DNA of 64,000 nucleotides from Methanotrichaceae archaeon (GCA_963803145.1 CAWDLW010000011.1:1-64000); one strand, 5' to 3'; shown: positions 9,323-18,755, numbered from the stretch's first letter. Made by a program: numbers and translations. The notes: generated by a model from the sequence alone, not told the origin.

Positions 9323-11392
9323 GTGATGAGAATTTTGAAGAATTCTAAGGGATCGTCCCTTAATGCGATATCAGCGGCATTTCTCTTGGCTCTGGTTCTG
9401 CATGCAATGCTGGCATCCATGGCAGTTGATGCAAAAGCCACAACCTCAGAAAATGAAGGATCAAAGGTCGCGTGGACTGTCAACGATACCTTCAATGTAT
9501 CCCAGATCACCACTGTGGGCGTATCCCCTGACTGCAGGAGGATAGTCTATGCAGTAAAGAGTGCCGTCATGGATAAGAGCGAGTATCAGACCCAGATTTA
9601 TCTGGCAGATGTTCAGGGCAATAGCACCTTACAGCTCACACAAGATGGGTCATCCAACAGCGACCCCAGGTGGTCTCCCGATGGGAAGAGCATAGCCTTC
9701 ATATCGACCAGGTCAGGCGTGCCTGAGATCTGGCTGATACCAGTGGATGGCGGAGAGGCCATCCAGCTTACGGATGTTGAGACTGGAGTAGGAGCCTTTA
9801 AGTGGTCCCCCGATGGGAAGCGATTAGGCTTCCTGGCCCAGGACCCCATGACCGAGGCGGAGAAGAGATTTCAGGCTGAGAAAGATGATGCGATAGTCGT
9901 GGACGGTGATCAGAAGCTCACACGCCTCTGGTCGGTCTCTCTTGAGGAGAACTCCACCGGCGGGCATGATGTCAGAAGAATCACTAACGGTAACTTCACA
10001 GTCATGGACTGGGACTTGTCTCCCGATGGCAAGTCAGTGGCTCTCTGTATAGCCCCAGGATCCAGGGATGAAGATGGCTACAAGTCCAATATCTCTAGGC
10101 TGGACCTTGATACTGGAAAGATCACGCTCCTTGTGGGTAATGCCACCAATCACTCCGCGAGAGCAAATGTTCTCTACTCGCCCGATGGTAAATGGATCGC
10201 TTACTCTACCTTTGCCCTATTCAATTTGGTCGATATCTCAATCGTACCTGCCCGGGGCGGCAAGCCAAAAGACCTCGCAAAAAAGCTCGACCAGGGAATG
10301 CTTGAGCCGGTAGGGATTCCTGGCTGGTCTGGTGACAGCAAGCTGATCTATATCCCCGAGTCGAGAGGTACCAGGGCCGCAATTACTGTTCTGCCAGTCG
10401 ATGGAAGCGCTCCAAAGGATGTCCTAAACTTCGGGTATATCGGCTTCGCCAGGGTAAACAGCCGAGGGACGATGCTCGGGTTCACGGCGGAGAACAGCTC
10501 AGACCCCCAGGAGGTCTATGTCACAGACCTGGAGAGCTTCAAGCCAGTGAAGATAAGCCATGTGAACTCATACCTTCCCATAGCAGGCATCGGAAAGACT
10601 GAGGCTATCCAGTGGAACTCGACCGATGGAAGGAAGATAGAGGGACTTCTGACATACCCTGTGGACTACAAGCCAGGGAAGAAGTACCCCCTCCTGGTGG
10701 AGATCCACGGAGGGCCTTCTGCTGGCTACTTCCAGTTCTTCGTGGGGGGTTTAAGCTGGCCTATCTGTCCTGCTGGGGCATTCTCATCCTGGGGCTACGC
10801 TCTGCTCAGGCCCAATCCGCGGGGATCCACAGGGTACGGGCCTGAGTTTACAGTCGCCAACTTAAGAGACTGGGGAGGTATGGACTTCCAGGATGTAATC
10901 TCAGGGATAGATCACCTGGTAAAGGCCGGAATAGCTGATCCCGACCGCCTGGGAATCTTGGGCCAGAGCTACGGAGGCTATATGACTGCCTGGGCAATCA
11001 CCCAGACCAACAGGTTCAAGGGCGCGGTAATGATCGACGGGGAATCGGATCTCATAAGCCTCGACGGCACCCACGATATACCGGACGATCTGCCGGATAA
11101 CTTCGGGGTCAATTTCTGGGATAATTATAGCCTATACCTTGAGCACTCCCCTATCTACCATATCAAGAACGCCACCACACCGACCCTTATTCTCCACGGA
11201 GCCGAGGACGTCAGATGTCCAACCGACCAGGGAAGGGAGCTCTACAGCGCCCTCAAGAAGAGAGGCGTGGCAGTCCAGATGGTGCTGTATCCCCGCTCAG
11301 GGCACTTCCCAGGAGAGCCCAAGCTGCAGAGGGATATGCACAAGAGAGAGCTGGATTGGTTCAGCAAGTATGTCCCTGTGAATGTTTCATAG
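9323..11392 (+). CDS. Secreted S9 family peptidase (acylaminoacyl-peptidase-like) with PD40 propeller
   Basis: WSPDG repeats; IHGGP, GQSYGG nucleophile, HGAEDVRC and GH motifs. Confidence 0.93.
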   Translation: MMRILKNSKGSSLNAISAAFLLALVLHAMLASMAVDAKATTSENEGSKVAWTVNDTFNVSQITTVGVSPDCRRIVYAVKSAVMDKSEYQTQIYLADVQGNSTLQLTQDGSSNSDPRWSPDGKSIAFISTRSGVPEIWLIPVDGGEAIQLTDVETGVGAFKWSPDGKRLGFLAQDPMTEAEKRFQAEKDDAIVVDGDQKLTRLWSVSLEENSTGGHDVRRITNGNFTVMDWDLSPDGKSVALCIAPGSRDEDGYKSNISRLDLDTGKITLLVGNATNHSARANVLYSPDGKWIAYSTFALFNLVDISIVPARGGKPKDLAKKLDQGMLEPVGIPGWSGDSKLIYIPESRGTRAAITVLPVDGSAPKDVLNFGYIGFARVNSRGTMLGFTAENSSDPQEVYVTDLESFKPVKISHVNSYLPIAGIGKTEAIQWNSTDGRKIEGLLTYPVDYKPGKKYPLLVEIHGGPSAGYFQFFVGGLSWPICPAGAFSSWGYALLRPNPRGSTGYGPEFTVANLRDWGGMDFQDVISGIDHLVKAGIADPDRLGILGQSYGGYMTAWAITQTNRFKGAVMIDGESDLISLDGTHDIPDDLPDNFGVNFWDNYSLYLEHSPIYHIKNATTPTLILHGAEDVRCPTDQGRELYSALKKRGVAVQMVLYPRSGHFPGEPKLQRDMHKRELDWFSKYVPVNVS

Positions 11393-11467
11393 ATTCCTCA
11401 ATTAGTTTTTCAGATAAATTGATAATAAAGTGAATCGATATACAGGAAGAGGAGCGAGGTAGTTTCC

Positions 11468-12031
11468 TTGGAGATCGTTGTGGGCATCAGCGGGGCATCG
11501 GGTGTAGTCTATGGCATAAGATTACTGCAGGTCTTGCAGGGCTGCGCAACTCACCTGGTCATGAGCGATTCTGCGCGAAAGATAATAGAAATAGAGACCG
11601 ACTTCAAGCCTGAGGATGTTGAAGAATTGGCGGACTACGCGTACGCGCCTGATGATTTTACAGCCCCTATAGCCAGCGGCTCTCATATCTTTGATGCCAT
11701 GGTCGTGATCCCTTGCAGCATGGGAACCCTCTCAGGTATCGCATCGGGCAGCTCCAATACCCTTATTACAAGGGCAGCAGATGTCTGCCTTAAGGAAAAG
11801 AGAAGGCTGATACTTGTCCCCAGAGAAACGCCTTTGAGTTTAGTCCAATTAAAAAATATGGTCTCCACAGCCGAGGCTGGCGCGATAGTTCTGCCCGCTA
11901 GCCCTGCTTTCTATTCAAGGCCCGATACTATAGCCGATGTAGTAGATGTTCTCGTTGGCCGTGTGCTTGATCTCTTAGGGCTCGAAAACAACCTTTATGA
12001 GAGGTGGAGAGGAAACGCTTATAACGGATAG
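11468..12031 (+). CDS. ubiX: Flavin prenyltransferase UbiX
   Basis: GISGASG, PIASGS, PCSMGTL, RETP and PAFY motifs. Confidence 0.95.
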   Translation: MEIVVGISGASGVVYGIRLLQVLQGCATHLVMSDSARKIIEIETDFKPEDVEELADYAYAPDDFTAPIASGSHIFDAMVVIPCSMGTLSGIASGSSNTLITRAADVCLKEKRRLILVPRETPLSLVQLKNMVSTAEAGAIVLPASPAFYSRPDTIADVVDVLVGRVLDLLGLENNLYERWRGNAYNG

Positions 12032-12057
12032 GATCAGACGAAGGCGAGGTGAATTAG

Positions 12058-12273
12058 ATGAAGTGTGCACTGTGCGGTGTAGACAAGGAGACTGTGCCGG
12101 TGAAGCTCAACTTGGCGACAATCCACGGCACAAAAGATGAAAACTTCCCTATTTGCAAAGAATGCCTTGACCTCGCCCATCAAGCATATCTCGATAAGGA
12201 TTTCCTGGCCGTCAAGGCCGGTACCGGCGCGGCTCCACATGGAGCGCATGATGCTCATAGCGAGCATCATTAG
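12058..12273 (+). CDS. Small zinc-finger-like protein with His-rich tail
   Basis: CALC...CKEC; GAGGTG RBS upstream; ends HGAHDAHSEHH. Confidence 0.7.
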   Translation: MKCALCGVDKETVPVKLNLATIHGTKDENFPICKECLDLAHQAYLDKDFLAVKAGTGAAPHGAHDAHSEHH

Positions 12274-12418
12274 AAATTCAATCTTTTCTATTGCCCAAGA
12301 GCTTTTCGTGGAAGGAATGGTTGGGCCGGTTGCCTAGCTCGAGCATGAAAGGGCCTTAAGCTGAGCTTTAAAACGTTACAAAGCTTGAAATTATCAGAGA
12401 TAATATAGCAGCAATCTT

Positions 12419-12745
12419 ATGAGATCGTCTTTAAACAGCGACCAGGTCAAAGCCCTCTTTGCATCTTGCTCGAGCCAATATGATGTTCTGATCGGGCTCT
12501 ACAGGCTGGCGCTTAAGGATTGGGATAAGATCGAGTACATCCTTGATGGCAGGCCTCATATTGGGAGTACGGGCTGGCGAACGATCTACGACCTGTTCAT
12601 CAAATTCGATAAGGAACACCATGAGAAAGAGGATATCTTCCCAGGCGTCATGTGGCTCGGCCAAGGATTTATAGAGGATGATAGTTTGGGTGATTGGGAA
12701 GTTGACACTTCGAAGATGAAGATCATCTTGAAGACTGAATACTGA
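12419..12745 (+). CDS. Hypothetical protein
   Basis: 108-aa ORF with ATG start, co-oriented with its neighbours; no motif recognised. Confidence 0.65.
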   Translation: MRSSLNSDQVKALFASCSSQYDVLIGLYRLALKDWDKIEYILDGRPHIGSTGWRTIYDLFIKFDKEHHEKEDIFPGVMWLGQGFIEDDSLGDWEVDTSKMKIILKTEY

Positions 12746-12793
12746 GCCAGAGAATTCAGATATTTGCTTAAATCCAATCAAAAGGAGAAAAAA

Positions 12794-13969
12794 ATGAACA
12801 GCATATTCGCCGATAGAATGTTTTCAGTTCATAAGTCATTCATCAGAGAAATATTGAAGGTAACTGAGGACCCGAAGATAATCTCCTTTGCAGGCGGGCT
12901 CCCAAATCCGAAGTTCTTCCCAATACGCGAGGTGGCAGAGGCAGCCCAAAAGGTCCTCAGCGATTGTGGAGCGGCCGCTCTTCAGTACAGCACTACAGAG
13001 GGCCATCCTCCCTTAAGGGAGTACATCGCTCATAGATACGCAAAAAAAGGCCTCAAAGTTAGCCCTGAGGAGATCTTGATCACAACAGGTTCTCAGCAGG
13101 GCCTAGATCTGGCAGGAAAGGTCTTCCTGAACAAGGGCGATCAGGTCATCGTAGAGAGACCAACTTACCTGGCGGCGATACAGTCCTTCGGAATGTTCGA
13201 GCCTCAGTTCATGTCGGTTCCCTTATACCAGGACGGGATGGATACAGATGCGCTAAAAGAAGCTCTTTCTCAGTCGCGAGTGAAGCTCGTCTACGCTGTT
13301 ACCAACTTCCAGAACCCAACAGGCATTACCTACTCACACAGGAAGCGGCAGGAGATTGCAGATGTGTTGGAGGATCATAATGTGGCGTTTATCGAGGATA
13401 ACCCATATGGAGATCTGAGGTTCATGGGCGAGGAGGTGCCGTCCATGAGGGCATTCCTCGGAGATCAAACTCTGCTGTTGGGATCTTTCTCTAAGATCGT
13501 CTCGCCTGGTTTCAGACTGGGCTGGATATGCGCTCGGGAAGAGGTTATGGAAAAACTCATAGTAGCCAAGCAAGCCGCGGATCTGCACTCAAGCTGTTTT
13601 GCTCAAAGGGTGGTGCACCAATATCTTGTGGATAATGATATTGATAGCCATGTAACAAAGATCCGCGCGGCTTATAGGAGGCAGAGGGATTGCATGGTTG
13701 GGGCCATAGAGAAGAGCTTCCCAGAAGGCATAGAGCATACCCGGCCTGAGGGCGGCATGTTCCTCTGGGTCACTCTTCCTGAAGGTATGTCGACTCTTGA
13801 ACTTTTCCAGCAAGCGTTAAAAGAGAATGTGGCCTTTGTGCCGGGACAGGCATTCTTCGCCAATGGCGGCGGGGAAAACACTATGAGGCTGAACTTCTCT
13901 AACTCAGATGAGGAAAGGATCATAGAGGGAATAGGAAGGCTTGGAAGAGCGATCAAGTCAATGATGTGA
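12794..13969 (+). CDS. PLP-dependent aminotransferase class I/II (LysN/2-aminoadipate type)
   Basis: ISFAGGLP, DNPYGDL, SFSKIVSPGFRLGW and PEGGMFLW motifs; start moved to ATG 12794 after GGAG. Confidence 0.93.
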   Translation: MNSIFADRMFSVHKSFIREILKVTEDPKIISFAGGLPNPKFFPIREVAEAAQKVLSDCGAAALQYSTTEGHPPLREYIAHRYAKKGLKVSPEEILITTGSQQGLDLAGKVFLNKGDQVIVERPTYLAAIQSFGMFEPQFMSVPLYQDGMDTDALKEALSQSRVKLVYAVTNFQNPTGITYSHRKRQEIADVLEDHNVAFIEDNPYGDLRFMGEEVPSMRAFLGDQTLLLGSFSKIVSPGFRLGWICAREEVMEKLIVAKQAADLHSSCFAQRVVHQYLVDNDIDSHVTKIRAAYRRQRDCMVGAIEKSFPEGIEHTRPEGGMFLWVTLPEGMSTLELFQQALKENVAFVPGQAFFANGGGENTMRLNFSNSDEERIIEGIGRLGRAIKSMM

Positions 13970-14092
13970 GCCATTATGCCGCGGATCGCTCGTCACGCAG
14001 GCTTTCCGAAGTGGTCACAGCGCAAAGCAAGGCGCAGAGTATATTTCATTTGACTAATTATTTGCAACATCATACCGAGGTGGCTGAAGGAT

Positions 14093-15172
14093 ATGGCTGT
14101 ATCAGTGGTCAAAGTAGTACTGTTATGTTCGTTTTTATTCATTGGGATGGTCTTGGGAGGAGTTCTCATGCAGCCCAAGACTTCTGTCGATGTCTGGAAT
14201 GTCAAGGAAAGCGATTTTCCAAGCAGTGGGGATAAGCTGAGTTTTCTTCTGAACTATGCAATTTTAGCTCCCTCAAGCCAAAACAGCCAGCCCTGGAAGT
14301 TCAACGCCTCAGGAGATGAGATCAGGCTTTTCGCAGATAAGACGAGGTGGCTTGCAGTGTCAGATGCAGATCAGCGGGAGCTTTACATCAGCCAGGGCAC
14401 TGCTCTAGAGAATCTGCTGGTGGCTGCAGATCATTTCGGCTACGGCTACAACGTCACGTACCCTTCGGGCAATGGATCTCTTGTGGCAGTCATTAAATTA
14501 ACTCCAGGCAGCGGGCATTCACAAGATCCAAAGCTCTTCAAAGCAATCGTAGACCTTCGCACCAACCAAAATCCGTATGAGGCAAAGGAGATCCCGGAAA
14601 GCTCTCTGCAAGCGCTCGAGAACACCAGCCTAAACAAAGATGTTAAGCTGGTCCTTGCCTCCGATGCAAATACCCGAAACGAGTTCCGCAATCTTACATT
14701 AAGTGCAGATCAAAAACAGTATACAGATCCAAATTACAAGAGCGAGCTGGGACACTCGATTGGCGAGGGAATGATGGGGCCTACGAGCATCCAGGCTGTA
14801 CTTGCGCAGCTCAGGGTACTATTCCTGGATATAAGCGCTGATCAGACTAAGAAAGATTCAGATCTGGTGAACAGCACGCCAACCTTGGGTTTCATAATCT
14901 CCGATGGGAACGATCGAGTCTCTCAAATCAAGTCTGGGCAGCTTCTAGAGAGAATTTGGCTTGAGGCCACAGCTATGGGCATTAGTCTCCAGCCTATGAG
15001 CCAGGCACTGGAGATGCCAGATACGAAGGCGGAGCTAGCTAAGCTATTGTCTCCGGATTCTGGAAATATTCAACAGGTCTTCACGCTCGGATATGCCTCA
15101 TCTGTGGAGGATTTCATGCCCAGGACATCTGTGCAGGATTCAATTGTTCCAGTGAATTGGTCTCAAAAATAA
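14093..15172 (+). CDS. Acg-family FMN-binding nitroreductase-like protein with N-terminal signal/anchor
   Basis: LAPSSQNSQPWKF, SQGTALENL and GQLLERIWLEATAMG motifs. Confidence 0.85.
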   Translation: MAVSVVKVVLLCSFLFIGMVLGGVLMQPKTSVDVWNVKESDFPSSGDKLSFLLNYAILAPSSQNSQPWKFNASGDEIRLFADKTRWLAVSDADQRELYISQGTALENLLVAADHFGYGYNVTYPSGNGSLVAVIKLTPGSGHSQDPKLFKAIVDLRTNQNPYEAKEIPESSLQALENTSLNKDVKLVLASDANTRNEFRNLTLSADQKQYTDPNYKSELGHSIGEGMMGPTSIQAVLAQLRVLFLDISADQTKKDSDLVNSTPTLGFIISDGNDRVSQIKSGQLLERIWLEATAMGISLQPMSQALEMPDTKAELAKLLSPDSGNIQQVFTLGYASSVEDFMPRTSVQDSIVPVNWSQK

Positions 15173-15239
15173 GTGATCAACTCCAATGCGGAATATGATA
15201 TGGTCTTTGGACATAAGATATGGCGAATAAGATACGGCG

Positions 15240-15437
15240 ATGAAAATACTGGCAATAATTGGCAGCCCTAGAAGAAAGGGCAATACGTACAAGGTAGTAT
15301 CACTGATTGAGGAGAGGATGAAGGCATTAGGGGATGCCGAGTTCAGCTACCTCTTCCTAAAGGATGCAAATCTGGAACTATACCAGGGATGCTGGCAGTG
15401 CCTCTCCTGGGGCGAGTTCAGGATAAAACACCGGTAA
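15240..15437 (+). pseudogene. Truncated flavodoxin / iron-sulfur flavoprotein family gene
   Basis: MKILAIIGSPRRKGNT start typical of the family; Cys motif degenerate (YQGCWQC); stops at 65 aa. Confidence 0.75.
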
Positions 15438-15712
15438 TAAATAGCTTTGATTACATGGAGTATTCCGAAGAAGGGAGGCGCCTTTTACTGGTTAGCCATC
15501 TTTGAGACTTGAATCCTTACTGCATTTGTATCTATCCTTAATCGCTTCCCAAGAAGTGTTTTTGCACATTTCCACCCTTACATCGCGATGCCATTCGGGC
15601 CATGTGGAGAGTCGAGAAGCTTTGTCTAGCTTTCTATGTGGCATAACTCTCAACGATAGGTTACAAAAGGGAATACTTTTAATAGGAGGTACTAAAAGTA
15701 CTGACTTAAGAT

Positions 15713-15946
15713 ATCAAGAGGCGAAGTAAAGGAAAGGTTATAGCCAAAATCTTAGAGGTCTGTTTAACTGGACCTAGTAAGACGGATGTAGCCTATGGGA
15801 GCAATCTAAATTTTAGAACCGTAGTGCCTTACCTTGATACGCTAATGAAAAATGGATTTATCCTCGCAATGGATGGAACGTATAAGACCACAGACAAAGG
15901 AAAGGAGCTTCTAGACAAGCTCAATGAGGTTCATGAATGGCTGTAA
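15713..15946 (+). CDS. Archaeal winged-helix protein with ATC in place of a start codon (non-canonical start or pseudogene)
   Basis: Hand translation: (I)KRRSKGKVIAKILEVCLTGPSKTDVAYGSNLNFRTVVPYLDTLMKNGFI...YKTTDKGKELL; an in-frame TAA lies two codons upstream. Confidence 0.7.
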   Translation: MKRRSKGKVIAKILEVCLTGPSKTDVAYGSNLNFRTVVPYLDTLMKNGFILAMDGTYKTTDKGKELLDKLNEVHEWL

Positions 15947-16280
15947 TTTCTTGCGCGGATTCCCAGGTGAACAATGAATTGTAAAATCATCTGTAAAGTA
16001 TCAAATCAAAGTTTTTACAGCGATATCTGGTCGAGAATGCGGCTCCCTATTTGCAATTTTCTTCCGACTCCTATTAGTAGCCTGGAATCCACATACTCGA
16101 TTTATATCTATACGAAGTACGAATAGCTCTATGTGTTCTCTCATTATTGATCCTTCTATCTAACCGTAGGAGCAAAATTAATGGATATTCATCTAATACG
16201 ACATCTTTAATTAAAAAGCTTTTGGTATCAAAGTATTAAGATAACATAATCTACATAAACTTAAAGCTTAATAAATCAAT

Positions 16281-16439
16281 ATGATGTCCAGGACTACATT
16301 GACATTATCTGAACCGGTGGCAAAAGCCCTGAAGGTTTATACCGTACAAACCAAAAGCAGCATGCATGCTCAAAGCCTGGTGGTCGAAGAGGCCCTGAGA
16401 GAGTTCTTCGAGAGGCGTGGTATTAAAGTCGAAGGATAA
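16281..16439 (+). CDS. Ribbon-helix-helix (CopG-like) DNA-binding protein, 52 aa
   Basis: Below the ORF-track cutoff: MMSRTTLTLSEPVAKALKVY...QSLVVEEALREFFERRG, an alternating beta strand followed by two helices. Confidence 0.7.
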   Translation: MMSRTTLTLSEPVAKALKVYTVQTKSSMHAQSLVVEEALREFFERRGIKVEG

Positions 16440-16508
16440 CTCCCTTCACAGACCAGTCATACCACAGCCTTTTTGTTATCTGTGAGCATGTGCTATTTCT
16501 CATCAGCC

Positions 16509-16564
16509 AGGGAGATTTTCGATCCTGGGGTATTATAGAAAATAATTTTCTTGGGTTTATGAAA
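16509..16564 (+). repeat. Imperfect ~56-bp direct repeat, copy 1 (copy 2 at 18699-18755)
   Basis: AGGGAGA...GGGGTATTATAGAAAATAATTTTCTTGGGTTTATGAAA, with core palindrome GAAAAT-A-ATTTTC. Confidence 0.85.
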
Positions 16565-16601
16565 ATAGCATTAAGCCTTTTATGATGTAAGGATCAGTTG
16601 C

Positions 16602-16802
16602 TTAAATTAATGATATGATATTTCCATCTATCCTGATCTTGCCTTCTCTTTCCAGGTCCTCTAGGATGGGGGCAATCTCGTACATCATCAACCCAGTTTG
16701 CCGCCTCAGCACGCGCTTCTTCATACTTCGGCCATAGTTGCTTAGTATCCGCAGGATTTCATCACGTGGGCTTTGATTTGTCATTTCCAGAACTGCCACC
16801 AT
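16602..16802 (-). CDS. Small winged-helix-like protein (paralog of 17104-17295)
   Basis: QSPRDEILRILSNYGRSMKKRVLRRQTGL...PILEDLEREGKIRI. Confidence 0.7.
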   Translation of the reverse strand: MVAVLEMTNQSPRDEILRILSNYGRSMKKRVLRRQTGLMMYEIAPILEDLEREGKIRIDGNIISLI

Positions 16803-16984
16803 CGCTTAGTCCTCAGGAGGTTAGGTTTGATCGCAAACAATAATAAGAGAATACCAACCGCTAGCAGGACCACCCCAAGGACGTTGATGTTATGCGTATT
16901 TATCATCATAGTTAGCTGTCCTAGCTGTGACCACACTAGCCAAACTCCAACGATTGCCAATATAGCCCTAACGATCAAGTTCAT
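16781..16984 (-). CDS. Small membrane protein (2 TM) ending RWWQFWK
   Basis: Two hydrophobic segments; ATG preceded by GGAAGGAG. Confidence 0.6.
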   Translation of the reverse strand: MNLIVRAILAIVGVWLVWSQLGQLTMMINTHNINVLGVVLLAVGILLLLFAIKPNLLRTKRWWQFWK

Positions 16985-17103
16985 TTTCGTACTCCTTCCT
17001 TAACTCACTTATATAATATGAGTGATCTAACGAAAAAGTTTTGGATGCATAGGCTGGTTATTTCCAGAATTGCCACCATCCCTTTTCTTAATAGCTTCTG
17101 CGC

Positions 17104-17295
17104 CTAAATTAATGATACGATGTCTTTTGAGTCTATCCTGATTTTGCCTTCCTTCTCCAGCTCCTCAAGGATAGGATTCATCTCTTGTATCCTTAACCCA
17201 GTGCGCCGCCTAAGCTCACTTCGCTTCATCCTTCGGCCATTGTTGTTTAGTGTCCACAGGATTTTATCACGCGGGCTCTGAGAGGCATCTTTCAT
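17104..17295 (-). CDS. Small winged-helix-like protein (paralog of 16602-16802)
   Basis: QSPRDKILWTLNNNGRRMKRSELRRRTGL...PILEELEKEGKIRI. Confidence 0.72.
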   Translation of the reverse strand: MKDASQSPRDKILWTLNNNGRRMKRSELRRRTGLRIQEMNPILEELEKEGKIRIDSKDIVSLI

Positions 17296-17329
17296 TTGTA
17301 GATCATAGGGTTAACGCTTATAGGATATA

Positions 17330-17560
17330 ATGCCAAGGCGAGCACAGGGCGAAGGTAATAGAATCTGCATTATCAGAGTCAGTAAAACGATTGCAGTCTA
17401 TGAGAGCAATCTGAACCTTAAAACGGTGAATCCCTACCTCGATTCTCTAATGATGAATGGGCATATCATCAAGACTGATGAGAAAATGCCAAGATATAAG
17501 ACCACAGACAAGGGAAAGGAGCTTCTAGCTATAATCAAGGAATCTCATGAGTTTTTCTAA
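17330..17560 (+). CDS. Winged-helix protein, probably degenerate (paralog of 15713-15946)
   Basis: VYESNLNLKTVNPYLDSL...YKTTDKGKELL; the first helix looks deleted relative to the paralog. Confidence 0.6.
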   Translation: MPRRAQGEGNRICIIRVSKTIAVYESNLNLKTVNPYLDSLMMNGHIIKTDEKMPRYKTTDKGKELLAIIKESHEFF

Positions 17561-17654
17561 CCCTAATGTCTTATATGTAATTCCACAAACGCTATGAGGA
17601 TCAGTACATATAAGACGGTGAGCATATCGCAGGTTAAGCCTGCCAGCCCTCATT

Positions 17655-17704
17655 AGTAGTACCACATCCCCTAAATAATTCTCTGCAATGTGGTACTACT
17701 TTTT
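17655..17704 (+). terminator. 13-bp perfect hairpin followed by a T run
   Basis: AGTAGTACCACAT (17655-17667) / ATGTGGTACTACT (17688-17700), then TTTT. Confidence 0.5.
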
Positions 17705-17709
17705 ATGGA

Positions 17710-18351
17710 CTCTTGCAATGGCCTCCCTATCTTACATAGGTTTGAAGATGGCCTATATGCCATTTAAGCCCTTAAGCCAATTTTTTATACTTTGGGAGAG
17801 TTGTATTTCCAAGAACAGTGTAATTTGGTGGCATTGCATTTCCCAGCACAGCATAGTTTAAAATCTTCTTGATCGATAAATTACTTGTTGCGTTTATAGG
17901 CATGGTTACATTTGGGGTATTGGTCAAATTCTTAGTTGTATTTATCGAGCTAGTAGCATTCATTTTGTCTTTGGATACTTCAGCAATGACCACTCCGAGA
18001 GAGAGCACAGATAGGATGGATATAAGGATCAATCCGATAGCTATGGAGTTCTTCATTTTTTCCTTCCTTGTTTTTATGGCAGCATTAGCTGTTTGAACTT
18101 AAAGGTTTCTAGGAGCTAATTTCTTCATGGCTCTTGCAATGGCCTCAAATCCAATGCTTATGACCTAAGTGCAACCCATAAAAAGAGGATGGCCAGCCCT
18201 AGAATCGCTATAACTATAATAACGATATCTGTTTTCGATTCAATGTCGAACCTATTCCGCAAATTCACGTGTCCCGCTCCCATAGATAGCGCCATTCTGA
18301 TTTTAAATAGTTATTTATGAAAAATCAATAACATTGCTCTTGCAATGGCCT
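17710..18351 (+). repeat. Three exact copies of CTCTTGCAATGGCCT
   Basis: Copies at 17710-17724, 18131-18145 and 18337-18351. Confidence 0.85.
17772..18056 (-). CDS. Small exported Asn/Thr-rich protein
   Basis: Signal peptide; many N-x-T sequons; internal repeat NYAVLGN/NYTVLGN. Confidence 0.65.
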   Translation of the reverse strand: MKNSIAIGLILISILSVLSLGVVIAEVSKDKMNATSSINTTKNLTNTPNVTMPINATSNLSIKKILNYAVLGNAMPPNYTVLGNTTLPKYKKLA

Positions 18352-18698
18352 TTAAGTTGAATCATTGATTGCAATACCAGCTCTCTAAATATTCCTAATA
18401 CAATGTGCAAGTTTCAAGCGAAGGGGAAACCCCTTTGGATGCTACCCGTTCATATCTTACCCCTTCGCTTACTTGACCAACGCCTATTAAGCGATATATA
18501 TACAAGAAAAACTATTTACTCTTATAATTATTATAGGTAGATAGCGAAGGGATGTTTGATTCTTTGAATAAGCTGCCCACTCTCCTTTTTCATTGCAGTC
18601 ATTACTTCCTTTGCTCCCTCTTATTATCGCTTAGCCCTTCATGGCCATAGGCCCCCGTCTAAAATCTGCCCTTCCTAGGTGAAGTTGATAGTAAAAAA

Positions 18699-18755
18699 AG
18701 GGAGACCGGCGATTCTAGGGGCATTATCGAAAATAATTTTCTTGGATTTATGAAA
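18699..18755 (+). repeat. Imperfect ~56-bp direct repeat, copy 2
   Basis: AGGGAGA...GGGGCATTATCGAAAATAATTTTCTTGGATTTATGAAA; ends 3 bp before the IS1 left end. Confidence 0.85.

Noticed and set aside
17710-18351. 15-mer repeats as a CRISPR array
   Set aside because: Repeats are too short, spacing is irregular (about 400 and 190 bp), and there are no cas genes.
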